Below, piece by piece: positions 14,189 to 22,478 of a stretch of 38,329 nucleotides of DNA (the first letter of the stretch is position 1; every line of letters starts with the position of its first letter). This DNA comes from Firmicutes bacterium CAG:449 (lineage in GTDB: Bacteria; Bacillota_I; Bacilli_A; RFN20; CAG-449). The stretch is from NCBI GenBank assembly GCA_000432895.1, contig FR889406.1, forward strand, positions 51,091 to 89,419, given 5' to 3'. The notes beneath the pieces were generated by a model. It was not told the origin of the DNA and did not search any database. It saw only the letters and a program-made list of their open reading frames with translations. Both the position numbers and the translations under genes were made by a program.

Positions 14189-14812
14189 ATGTCAAATTTT
14201 ATTACTTTAGAAGGTCCTGAAGGATCTGGAAAGTCATCAGTAATGGAAGTAGTCTATTCTAGATTAATTTTAGAAGGCTATGAAATTATCAAAACACGTG
14301 AACCAGGTGGCACTGAAATTGGTGAACAAATACGTAATGTTATTTTAAATAATCAAAATGTTAATATGGACATTCGTGCAGAAGCTTTATTATTTGCCGC
14401 TAGTAGAAGACAACATTTAGTAGAAAAAATTTGGCCTAGTTTAAAAGAAAATAAACTTGTTTTTTGTGATCGCTACCTTGATTCATCTTTATCTTATCAA
14501 GGATATGCTCGAGGTTTAGGAATTGATGAAGTTTTAAAAATTAATTTATTTGCTACTGAAAATACCTTTCCAACTTTAACTCTTTTATTTGATGTTGATC
14601 CAGAAATTGGCTTAAATAGAATTAAAAATAATGCTTCTAGAGAAGTAAATCGTTTAGATAAAGAAAAATTAGAATTTCATAAAAAAGTTAGAGAAGGTTA
14701 TCTTATTCTACAAAAAAGATTTCCTGAAAGAATTAAAATTATTGATGCAAGTCAACCATTTGAACAAGTAGTCGAACAAGCATATAAAGTAATTAAGGAA
14801 AATTTACAATGA
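14189..14812 (+). CDS. tmk: dTMP (thymidylate) kinase
   Basis: Motifs are FITLEGPEGSGKSS (P-loop), TREPGGT and DRYLDSSLSYQG. Confidence 0.95.
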   Translation: MSNFITLEGPEGSGKSSVMEVVYSRLILEGYEIIKTREPGGTEIGEQIRNVILNNQNVNMDIRAEALLFAASRRQHLVEKIWPSLKENKLVFCDRYLDSSLSYQGYARGLGIDEVLKINLFATENTFPTLTLLFDVDPEIGLNRIKNNASREVNRLDKEKLEFHKKVREGYLILQKRFPERIKIIDASQPFEQVVEQAYKVIKENLQ

Positions 14813-15792
14813 GTTTTAAAGAATATTTAAAGAATAATCAAAGAATCGTTTATAACACATTTGCTTCTTCTATTAAAGCAAATCGTCTTTCACATGCATA
14901 TTTAATTAAAGGCAATGAAGGCGCCCCCTTACTTGAAACCGCCTTATTCTTAGCTAAATCTTTAATTTGTCCACATGCTGATCCTTTAGCGTGTGAAGAA
15001 TGTCTAACTTGCATTCGTTTTGATGAAGGAAATTATGCCGATTTTAAATTACTTAACGGGCAAGAAAAAAATATTAAAGTTTCTGATATTGAAGAATTAC
15101 AAGCTTTCTTTCAAAATACTCCAAGTGAAAAATCAAAAAAGATGATTTACATTATTCATGCTTTAGAAAACTCAAACAAAGAAAGTCTTAATGCATTATT
15201 AAAATTTTTAGAAGAACCACAAGAAAATGTATATGCTTTTATTACTACATATAATGAAGAAAAACTTTTACCAACCATTTTATCTAGAACACAACACTTA
15301 AAATTATTACCTCTAAAAAAAGGTGAATTAATTCAAAAAGTTGAAAATGAAGGAATAAGTAAAGATGATGCTGAAATTCTCTCTAACCTTTATGGAAATG
15401 TCGAAACCATTGTTAGTATTGGTTCATCGAAAACATATATTGAAATTAAAAATTTAGTATTTGATACTCTAGATGCTTTACAAAAAGATACTAAAGAGGC
15501 CCTTTTCTTTTTAGAAAATAATGCATTAAATAAATTAAAGGATAAAGTTAACGCTAGATTATATTTAGATATTCTATCTTGCGCATTTAAAGATATCTTA
15601 AATATTCAATTAAATTTACCTATTATAATTGAAAGTCAAAAATATTTATTTGATTCTTTAGCAAAGAAATTAAAAAATGTTGATTCTATTTATAAAGAGA
15701 TTATGCTAACTAGAGGAAAAATAGAATTAAATGTCAATATTGCTCTTTTATTAGAGCATATATTTATTTACATATACGAAGGAGAAAAATAA
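14809..15792 (+). CDS. holB: DNA polymerase III subunit delta prime
   Basis: It has LSHAYLIKG, a Cys cluster (CPHADPLACEECLTC) and ILSRTQ. It occupies the conserved position after tmk, with an ATGA overlap. Confidence 0.85.
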   Translation: MSFKEYLKNNQRIVYNTFASSIKANRLSHAYLIKGNEGAPLLETALFLAKSLICPHADPLACEECLTCIRFDEGNYADFKLLNGQEKNIKVSDIEELQAFFQNTPSEKSKKMIYIIHALENSNKESLNALLKFLEEPQENVYAFITTYNEEKLLPTILSRTQHLKLLPLKKGELIQKVENEGISKDDAEILSNLYGNVETIVSIGSSKTYIEIKNLVFDTLDALQKDTKEALFFLENNALNKLKDKVNARLYLDILSCAFKDILNIQLNLPIIIESQKYLFDSLAKKLKNVDSIYKEIMLTRGKIELNVNIALLLEHIFIYIYEGEK

Positions 15793-15793
15793 T

Positions 15794-16672
15794 ATGGATT
15801 ATCTTTTTGGAGTTAGTTTTAATAATCAAGGAAAACCTCAATTCTTTTTAGCTAACTATGAAATTAACCTTAACGACTCAGTGGTTTGTGAAACTCTTAA
15901 AGGTATTGAGTTAGGAAAAGTAGTTACTAATCCAAAAGAATATGTAGTTAACGAAGAAGATAACCCTTTTACATACATACTTAGACTTGCAAACACAGAA
16001 GATCTTGCTTTATATCAAAAAAATTTAAAAGAAGCTCAAGATGCTTTGAAAATCGTTCAAAACCAAGCTGATAAATTGAGTCTAGATATGAAAGTTACTA
16101 CTAGTGAATATACTTTAGATCAAAGCAAATTAACAATCTCTTATCTATCAGAAGATCGTGTTGATTTCCGTGAATTATTAAAAATACTTGCTTCTATTTA
16201 TCGTTGCCGAATCGAATTAAGACAAATTGGTCCACGTGATAAAGCTAAAATTATCGGTGGTATAGGAATATGTGGATTACCTTTATGCTGTTCAACCTTT
16301 TTAAATGAATTTGACGGAATTTCGATTACTATGGCTAAAAATCAAATGCTCGCGTTAAATATTCCCAAATTATCTGGGCATTGTGGCAAATTAATATGTT
16401 GTTTAAAATATGAAGATGAAGTCTATACTTTAGAAAAACAAAATTTACCTAAAGTTGGTTTAAGAGTAAATTATAATGATCAAGTTTATCGCATTAGTTC
16501 AATTAATATTTTAAATAAAATGGTTAGATTAGAAAATCCAGATAGTATTGTTATTGTTCCATTAAGTGCAATTGAAAATAAAATTATCACTAATTATAAT
16601 CCTAATCAACAAATGAAAAGATCAAATGACATAAAAAAGAAAAAAAAGGAAAAGAAAGATGAAGAGAATTAA
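15794..16672 (+). CDS. ricT: PSP1-domain protein, RicT (YaaT) homologue
   Basis: The PSP1 C-terminal pattern is present (IELRQIGPRDKAKIIGGIGICGLPLCCSTFL...GHCGKLICCLKYE). It occupies the conserved position after holB. Confidence 0.85.
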   Translation: MDYLFGVSFNNQGKPQFFLANYEINLNDSVVCETLKGIELGKVVTNPKEYVVNEEDNPFTYILRLANTEDLALYQKNLKEAQDALKIVQNQADKLSLDMKVTTSEYTLDQSKLTISYLSEDRVDFRELLKILASIYRCRIELRQIGPRDKAKIIGGIGICGLPLCCSTFLNEFDGISITMAKNQMLALNIPKLSGHCGKLICCLKYEDEVYTLEKQNLPKVGLRVNYNDQVYRISSINILNKMVRLENPDSIVIVPLSAIENKIITNYNPNQQMKRSNDIKKKKKEKKDEEN

Positions 16673-17498
16673 ATCATATGAACAATCTTCATTATGCTAT
16701 CTTGTTGCTACCCCAATAGGTAATTTACAAGATTTTTCTTCACGTGGAAAAGAAGTTCTTTCTAGTGTTGATATAATTGCTTGTGAAGATACTAGAACCA
16801 CTGCTTCTTTACTTTCTTATTATAATATTAAAAAAACATTAATTTCTTATCATGAACATAATGAGCAAAACGCTTCACAAAAACTTCTTGAATTATTAAA
16901 AGAAGGTAAAAAGATTGCTATTGTTTCTGATGCTGGATATCCTGGTATTTCAGATCCAGGCGAAATTATGGTTAAACACTGCATTGAAAATAATATTCCT
17001 GTTTCTATTATTCCAGGAGGAAATGCCTTTTTACCAGCTTTAATTGGCTCTGGATTAGATAATGAACATTTCTATTTTCATGGATTTTTACCATCTAAAC
17101 CTACTTTAAGAAGAAAAGAATTAGAAAAATTATCTACTTATGAAATGACAATTATTTTTTATGAATCACCTCATCGCATAAAAGAAACTTTAAATGATAT
17201 TTATGATATTTTTAAAGAAAGAAAAATGTGTTTAGTTAGAGAAATAACTAAAATCCATGAAGAATATATTTATGGCACCACTTCTGAATTAATTAATTTA
17301 GATGAAACTACTTTAAAAGGTGAAATGGTCTTAGTTATTGAAGGAAATAAAAATAAAAAAGAATATTCTGATGAAGAATTATTATCTTTAATTAATGAAA
17401 ATATTACTACAGGCTTATCAAAAAAAGAAGCATGCAAAAAAGTTGAAGAATTAACAAACATCAAAAAGAATTATTTATATCAACTTACTTTAAAATAA
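16659..17498 (+). CDS. rsmI: 16S rRNA (cytidine1402-2'-O)-methyltransferase
   Basis: Motifs are LYLVATPIGNLQD, IACEDTR, VSDAGYPGISDPG and FYESPHR. Confidence 0.92.
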   Translation: MKRIKSYEQSSLCYLVATPIGNLQDFSSRGKEVLSSVDIIACEDTRTTASLLSYYNIKKTLISYHEHNEQNASQKLLELLKEGKKIAIVSDAGYPGISDPGEIMVKHCIENNIPVSIIPGGNAFLPALIGSGLDNEHFYFHGFLPSKPTLRRKELEKLSTYEMTIIFYESPHRIKETLNDIYDIFKERKMCLVREITKIHEEYIYGTTSELINLDETTLKGEMVLVIEGNKNKKEYSDEELLSLINENITTGLSKKEACKKVEELTNIKKNYLYQLTLK

Positions 17499-18068
17499 TT
17501 ATTTTAATCTTTTTTCTTCAAAAGTTTTAAACCAATCAATTGTATACTCATATAATTCATCTAAAGTACGAGAAGAATAATTACGACAATATTTTACATA
17601 TTCACAAACTAAACCCTCAATAAATATGTTGATTTCAAGATCAACATATTTTTTTCTTTTCAATGAATAATCTTCATAGCATAACTCTAAAATTTTATTA
17701 GAAGCTAAAGAAGTAATTTTTTGCGCTGCAAATAAAAAATCATTTGATCGGCAAAGCATTTTATAATTTTCATCATTCTTTTTAAAATAATCAAAAAACA
17801 AATCAATAAACTCATAAAAGTTTTTTGACTTAATTAATTTTGTATTATCAAAAAAATACTCAATTAATTCATTTTCGTAATCTTCTGCAACTGAATAAAT
17901 ATCATCATAATGAGCATAAAATGTTCCACGATTAATCTCGGCTCTATTAACAAGTTCAGTTACAGTAATTTTATCTAATTCTTTTTTTTCAGCTAATAAT
18001 TCAGCAAACGTTTTTTTAATTATTTTTCTTGTTTTAATTGATGATTTATTAAGGTTTTTGACTTTCAT
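17499..18068 (-). CDS. TetR/AcrR family transcriptional regulator
   Basis: The N-terminal HTH reads IKKTFAELLAEKKELDKITVTELVNRAEINRGTFYAHY. Its stop codon directly abuts the rsmI stop codon (17496..17501). Confidence 0.85.
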   Translation of the reverse strand: MKVKNLNKSSIKTRKIIKKTFAELLAEKKELDKITVTELVNRAEINRGTFYAHYDDIYSVAEDYENELIEYFFDNTKLIKSKNFYEFIDLFFDYFKKNDENYKMLCRSNDFLFAAQKITSLASNKILELCYEDYSLKRKKYVDLEINIFIEGLVCEYVKYCRNYSSRTLDELYEYTIDWFKTFEEKRLK

Positions 18069-18088
18069 TATTTGTACATCCTTTTAAA

Positions 18089-18110
18089 CAATGTTGAAAT
18101 ATTAACATTG
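18089..18110. promoter_or_regulatory. Palindromic operator candidate CAATGTT-GAAATATT-AACATTG in the TetR-family divergent promoter region
   Basis: The 7-bp perfect arms were read directly. The site lies between the divergent starts at 18068 (-) and 18172 (+). Confidence 0.5.
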
Positions 18111-18171
18111 ATATTTTCATTGTAATGTAATTTATGGTAAAATACAATCATAATGATTAAGGGAGAATTTT

Positions 18172-18627
18172 ATGTTTGAATTAAAAAAATTATGTAACTC
18201 ATATGAAAATATGACGCCTCTAGAAAAAGGCAAATTATTAACTGAAAAATCAGCAAAAGTATTATTAGCACTTAAAGTTTTAGACATCCCTGGAGTTAAC
18301 CCTATTGACACACTTGCCGCTTTTATTATTGGAGCAATAGTTTCTGATGGCGTTATTAACGAAAAAGAATATTTATTTATGTATCCAGCTTTAATTAAAA
18401 CATTCGGTGATGATTTTGATTTTACAAGAATAAAAAAATCATTTGAGAAAGATAAACAAGGTCGACAAATGATAAAAGATTACACTCAAGATATGATGAT
18501 GATTTTTTCATTCATTAGTGAATCATTAAAAGAAGATATTATTGCTTTATGTTTATGTATTCTTTCTATTGATGGTAAAATCTCTCTTAAAGAAAAAATT
18601 TATATAAGAAAGTTAATAAAGGCATAA
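18172..18627 (+). CDS. Small cytoplasmic protein, tentatively TerB-like
   Basis: Two copies of the pattern xxDGxIxxKE occur (IVSDGVINEKEYLF and LSIDGKISLKEKIYI), as in TerB-family helical proteins. SD AAGGGAG precedes the start. The assignment is weak. Confidence 0.35.
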   Translation: MFELKKLCNSYENMTPLEKGKLLTEKSAKVLLALKVLDIPGVNPIDTLAAFIIGAIVSDGVINEKEYLFMYPALIKTFGDDFDFTRIKKSFEKDKQGRQMIKDYTQDMMMIFSFISESLKEDIIALCLCILSIDGKISLKEKIYIRKLIKA

Positions 18628-18634
18628 TAAACTT

Positions 18635-19342
18635 ATGGAACTATTTATACAAATATCATTTATTTTTATCTTAGGTGGTAGCATTGGCTATTTAATGGAA
18701 TTAATCTTTAGAAGAATAGTTCATAAAAAATGGATTAATCCTGGCTTTCTTACTGGTCCTTGCTTACCTTTATACGGCTCTGGATTATTATTTCTTTATT
18801 TAATTTGTTCTTTAGATTATAGTTTTATTTCTTCAACTGTTTTAAGAACTATCTTCATTATTATTTTAATCACCTTTATGATGACTTTAATTGAATATAT
18901 AACTGGAATTATCTTTATTAAAAGAATGAATGTTAAATTATGGGATTATTCTTCTAGACCAGGTAATATCCAAGGAATCATTTGCCCATTATTTACTTTT
19001 TTTTGGGGAGTAATTGGTGCTTTATATTACTTTTTATTACATCCATTTATTGCCCAAGCCGCTTTATGGATTAGTGAACATCCTCTCTTTTCATATTTTA
19101 TTGGTATGTATTTTGGAGTATTTATTGTTGATATATGCTATTCATTCCATGTTGTTAGTAAAATCAAATCATGGGCAAAAGAACACGATATTGTTGTTAG
19201 ATATGAAGAATTAAAAGAATCAATTAAAGCTAAAGCGGATCGACTAAAAGAGAAAAAACATTTCGTCTTTTCCTTCAAATCCAAAGATTCCTTTATTGAT
19301 TCATTAAATAACTATCTTGCTGAAAGAAAAGCTCGTAAATAA
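18635..19342 (+). CDS. Membrane protein of the 'putative ABC-transporter type IV' family (PF06541/DUF1113-like)
   Basis: The motifs NPGFLTGPCLPLYGSG and KLWDYSSRPGNIQGIICPLFTFFWG match the family pattern I recall (NRGFLNGPxCPIYGFG, KxWDYSxxPxNIxGxIC). Confidence 0.7.
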   Translation: MELFIQISFIFILGGSIGYLMELIFRRIVHKKWINPGFLTGPCLPLYGSGLLFLYLICSLDYSFISSTVLRTIFIIILITFMMTLIEYITGIIFIKRMNVKLWDYSSRPGNIQGIICPLFTFFWGVIGALYYFLLHPFIAQAALWISEHPLFSYFIGMYFGVFIVDICYSFHVVSKIKSWAKEHDIVVRYEELKESIKAKADRLKEKKHFVFSFKSKDSFIDSLNNYLAERKARK

Positions 19343-19369
19343 ACTGTGAAAAAACTTCACAGTTTTTTT
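19343..19369 (+). terminator. Rho-independent terminator (+ strand)
   Basis: The stem is ACTGTGAA / TTCACAGT with loop AAAAC, followed by T6. Confidence 0.8.
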
Positions 19370-19370
19370 A

Positions 19371-19402
19371 ATAAAAAAAATAGACTATCATTAAATAGTC
19401 TA
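19371..19402 (-). terminator. Rho-independent terminator (- strand) for ntdP
   Basis: The stem is TAGACTAT / ATAGTCTA (19381..19402) and includes the TAG stop codon. On the minus strand it is followed by T8. Confidence 0.7.
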
Positions 19403-19948
19403 AAAAATTTCATCTTGTTCCTTTTTTATTTGATAATAAACATTAATATATTCAAACATCTTTTTATTATCAAAAGGAAACGCTCTTTTTTTCATTAAAT
19501 TTTTTACTCTTTCAAATTCATGTAAAACTATTTTATCTATTTCATTAGAATAATGATATTTTTCTTTATGAAATAAATATTCTTTTTTATCAAGTTCAAT
19601 AATTGAATTATCTGGAAATAATTTTAAATCTAAATCATAATCAATATACTCTAAAGTCATTTTATCTTCTAAAGTAGGAGAAGCGATATTACAATAATAA
19701 CAAACATTATCACCTCTAATCATTGCGATAACATTAAACCAATTATTTAAAAAATAAATCGATACTGCTGGTTCTTTTGTATACCAAATTCTTCCATCAC
19801 ATTCAACCACTCTTGAAGCACATGAGCCAGTAACAATATAATCATCACTAACATCAATCACCATCATATTATCCCAAGTACGATGTAATGAGCCATCATG
19901 TTTATATGATCGAGTTCTAATCCATTTACCAATACTGCTCTTATCCAT
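19400..19948 (-). CDS. ntdP: Nucleoside tri-/diphosphate phosphatase (DUF402/UPF0374, YgaC/Ntdp family)
   Basis: Family motifs are SYKHDGSLHRTW, EPAVSIYFLNNWFNVIAMIR, YYCNIASP and YIDYDLDLK. Confidence 0.85.
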   Translation of the reverse strand: MDKSSIGKWIRTRSYKHDGSLHRTWDNMMVIDVSDDYIVTGSCASRVVECDGRIWYTKEPAVSIYFLNNWFNVIAMIRGDNVCYYCNIASPTLEDKMTLEYIDYDLDLKLFPDNSIIELDKKEYLFHKEKYHYSNEIDKIVLHEFERVKNLMKKRAFPFDNKKMFEYINVYYQIKKEQDEIF

Positions 19949-19951
19949 AAA

Positions 19952-21034
19952 CTAGTCTTCTTTTTTAAGATGCTCAACTATTTCTACCATTAATTCAACA
20001 TCTTTTTTATATTCTTTAATATCGTTTTTACCTACTGGATTAGTTAAAGGTACGACCATAATACCATCATTATAAGAAAAGCCAAAAGCAAGCTTACTAT
20101 TATTAATAGTAATAAACATATCCACTAAATAATCGTTAACTTCAAATTGTTCTAAAACAAGTTTTATTTCATCATTTAAAATAGTATTAACATCAAAGTT
20201 ACTATATACTACATATTTTTCTGATAAAACTTCTTCTTGTAAAGTTAAATCATCAATATCAGTTGGTCCGTTGGAACCTTTACCTTTTAAATAAATAATT
20301 GCTCTTTGTTCATCATTTACTAACTTAGCATCTAAAACAAATAACTTACCTAAAAAGACAATATAATCTTGAGTAGAGCCATTTTCTTTTTTCTCTCTAG
20401 TTTTTACACAATTGTCACCAGCTACAAAATTATATGACAATAATTTACCTTCAATATAATCTCTTGCAGTTACTTGAATAATATCTTTACAAATTTTTAA
20501 ATCTTTAAATGTATTTTCCTCTAATTTTTTAGTTTGATTAAATTTAACATCACTAAATGCTTTATTACTTGTTACATAAGAATCTAAATTAATAAAATAT
20601 TCTTCAATAACTTTATTAGAATCTTCATTTAATTTTGATTTAGTTTTTTTACTATATAATGTAATTAAAACAAAATACACTAAAACAAAACCCAAACAAA
20701 TATAAATAAAAGCTCCACTTTCTTTTGCTAAAAAGAACACAAGTATAATAACCGCTAAACAAATAAGCATAAATATTGTACTCATTTTTTTAGTTTTATT
20801 AAAATAATCCATAAATTTCTTTTGTCTAGTATTCACTAAATTAAAAAATGTGTTTTCATCAGAAAGATTAATTCTTTCGTGTAACTCTTCATTTACATCT
20901 ACAATTGATGAAGGTTCTTCCTCTACCATTTCTTCAGCAATTATTTCTTTTTTTTCTTCTTCAACATTTTCTTTGTTAGTTTCTTCAACATTTTCTTTAA
21001 CTTCTTGATTTTTTACTTCATTTTCATCTAGCAT
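19952..21034 (-). CDS. Hypothetical membrane protein: acidic N-terminal tail, two TM helices, ~230-aa C-terminal domain
   Basis: I moved the start to ATG 21034 (MLDENEVKNQEV...) because SD AGAGGTGA lies 5 nt upstream; the track start at 21103 has none. The TM hairpin is STIFMLICLAVIILVFFL...FIYICLGFVLVYFVLITL. It is probably co-transcribed with ntdP. Confidence 0.6.
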   Translation of the reverse strand: MLDENEVKNQEVKENVEETNKENVEEEKKEIIAEEMVEEEPSSIVDVNEELHERINLSDENTFFNLVNTRQKKFMDYFNKTKKMSTIFMLICLAVIILVFFLAKESGAFIYICLGFVLVYFVLITLYSKKTKSKLNEDSNKVIEEYFINLDSYVTSNKAFSDVKFNQTKKLEENTFKDLKICKDIIQVTARDYIEGKLLSYNFVAGDNCVKTREKKENGSTQDYIVFLGKLFVLDAKLVNDEQRAIIYLKGKGSNGPTDIDDLTLQEEVLSEKYVVYSNFDVNTILNDEIKLVLEQFEVNDYLVDMFITINNSKLAFGFSYNDGIMVVPLTNPVGKNDIKEYKKDVELMVEIVEHLKKED

Positions 21035-21153
21035 AAAAGTCACCTCTTCTTTAGGTATAATTATACATTTTATTATGTTCAAAATAAATAAATTTATTTG
21101 CACATAATTTTTTTTATTAATTCATATATTGAAATGTATTAAAAGGAGAACAT

Positions 21154-21567
21154 ATGGATAGAATACAACCACCACCTAATTATTTTGGTGCACCATATCC
21201 AAATAATGGTACGCCATACCAACCTAATCAAGAACCAGTAAATCCTTATCCAAATGGAACATATCCTCAACCAATGCAACCAAATATGTATCGTGATGAT
21301 ATGGATAAAACTGTTACCGAATTCTATGAATCATTTAATAAATTTGTTTCTAGCAATTTAGGAAGAAATGTTAATGTACATTGCTCATTTACTGATTCAA
21401 CTCAATGGCACGACAAAGAATTTATCGGTATTCTTGCATCTGCTGGTGATAATTACATCATTATCTTCAACAAAGAAGAAAATAAACACTATTTAATTGT
21501 AGGCGTTTATATTGATTACATTGAATTCTCTGACCAAATAACAATGGATGGCGTCACAACAAAATAA
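21154..21567 (+). CDS. gerQ: GerQ-like spore coat protein
   Basis: The P/N/Q/Y-rich N-terminus is followed by a C-terminal block (NVNVHCSFTDSTQWHDKEFIGILASAGDNYIIIFNKEENKHYLIVGVYIDYIEFSDQI). This parallels the GerQ pattern I recall (TVYMTFENSxEWxxKxFxGVxEAAGRDHIIISDPxxGxRYLLLxxYLDYIxFDEEI). Confidence 0.55.
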   Translation: MDRIQPPPNYFGAPYPNNGTPYQPNQEPVNPYPNGTYPQPMQPNMYRDDMDKTVTEFYESFNKFVSSNLGRNVNVHCSFTDSTQWHDKEFIGILASAGDNYIIIFNKEENKHYLIVGVYIDYIEFSDQITMDGVTTK

Positions 21568-21592
21568 TCACCAATAAAAAGGTGATTTTTTT
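21566..21592 (+). terminator. Rho-independent terminator after the gerQ-like gene
   Basis: The stem is AATCACC / GGTGATT with loop AATAAAAA, followed by a T-run. Confidence 0.7.
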
Positions 21593-21759
21593 ATATAAAA
21601 ATATTGAGGATGCTTCTATAAAACTATATTAAAATGTAGCAAAAATTACTTATCTTAATATTTGCACAATTTTAAAAAAATTTATATCTTTTTCTATATT
21701 TGTATTTTTTGATAAAACCATAAACGGATAATTAATAATTTTGATATAAAAAAATATGA

Positions 21760-22317
21760 CAAGAAGATGCAGATGATAACATTATTTTCCAATACATTGG
21801 TGATTCTGAAATCAAGAAAGATGATATCTATGGCGGATTTAGTATTAGTATCGAGGGAAAATTAGAAAATGTTAGACAGCGTTTTGACATCGATTTAGCC
21901 ACTGCTGATATTGTTTGCCCATATGATTGCGATTACGAGTATGAATGCTTGATTACGCGTGAAATAATTCGCTTGAAGAGTTACTCTATTGAAAGTGTAG
22001 TTGCCGAAAAAATGCAGACATTTCTTTTAAAAGGAGTCATCAATAGTCGAACAAAGGATTTGTACGATCTTTATATTTTGGAAAAGTTCATAGGAAAAAA
22101 TGATAAATTTTTGAAGGAAACATTCATAAAAACTTGTGAAAATAGGAAATTCGAAATCAATAATGAAAAAGCAATGAATACTCTGAAATCTGTTAAATCA
22201 AATATGATTCAAAGAAAGAGATGGGAAACATATGCAAAGAAAATGAGTTACGCAAAAGAAGTATTATTTGATGATATAATTTCTTCTATTAATCACCTAC
22301 TAGAAATTCTAATTTAA
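21760..22317 (+). pseudogene. 5'-truncated nucleotidyltransferase AbiEii/AbiGii-family toxin remnant (C-terminal ~185 codons only)
   Basis: The frame of track ORF 21949..22317 (TTG start) is open back to the TGA at 21757..21759. It reads QEDADDNIIFQYIGDSEIKKDDIYGGFSISIEGKLENVRQRFDIDLATADIVCPYDCDYEYECLITREIIRLKSYSIESVVAEKMQTFL...SRTKDLYDLYIL. This matches the middle and C-terminal AbiEii pattern. There is no start codon, no SD, no N-terminal NTase region and no upstream antitoxin gene. Confidence 0.65.
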
Positions 22318-22478
22318 TTAAACGATTTTACAAAATTTTCATTAATAATAGACACATTATCTAATTGTGACGCATAACAAATTAATCAAACTAGTTTATT
22401 TTATTCAATATTAGCAATTAGATTTTTTTGCTTTAATTTATTTTTTCTAATATAATAAAAGACATAGGGGAGATTTCT

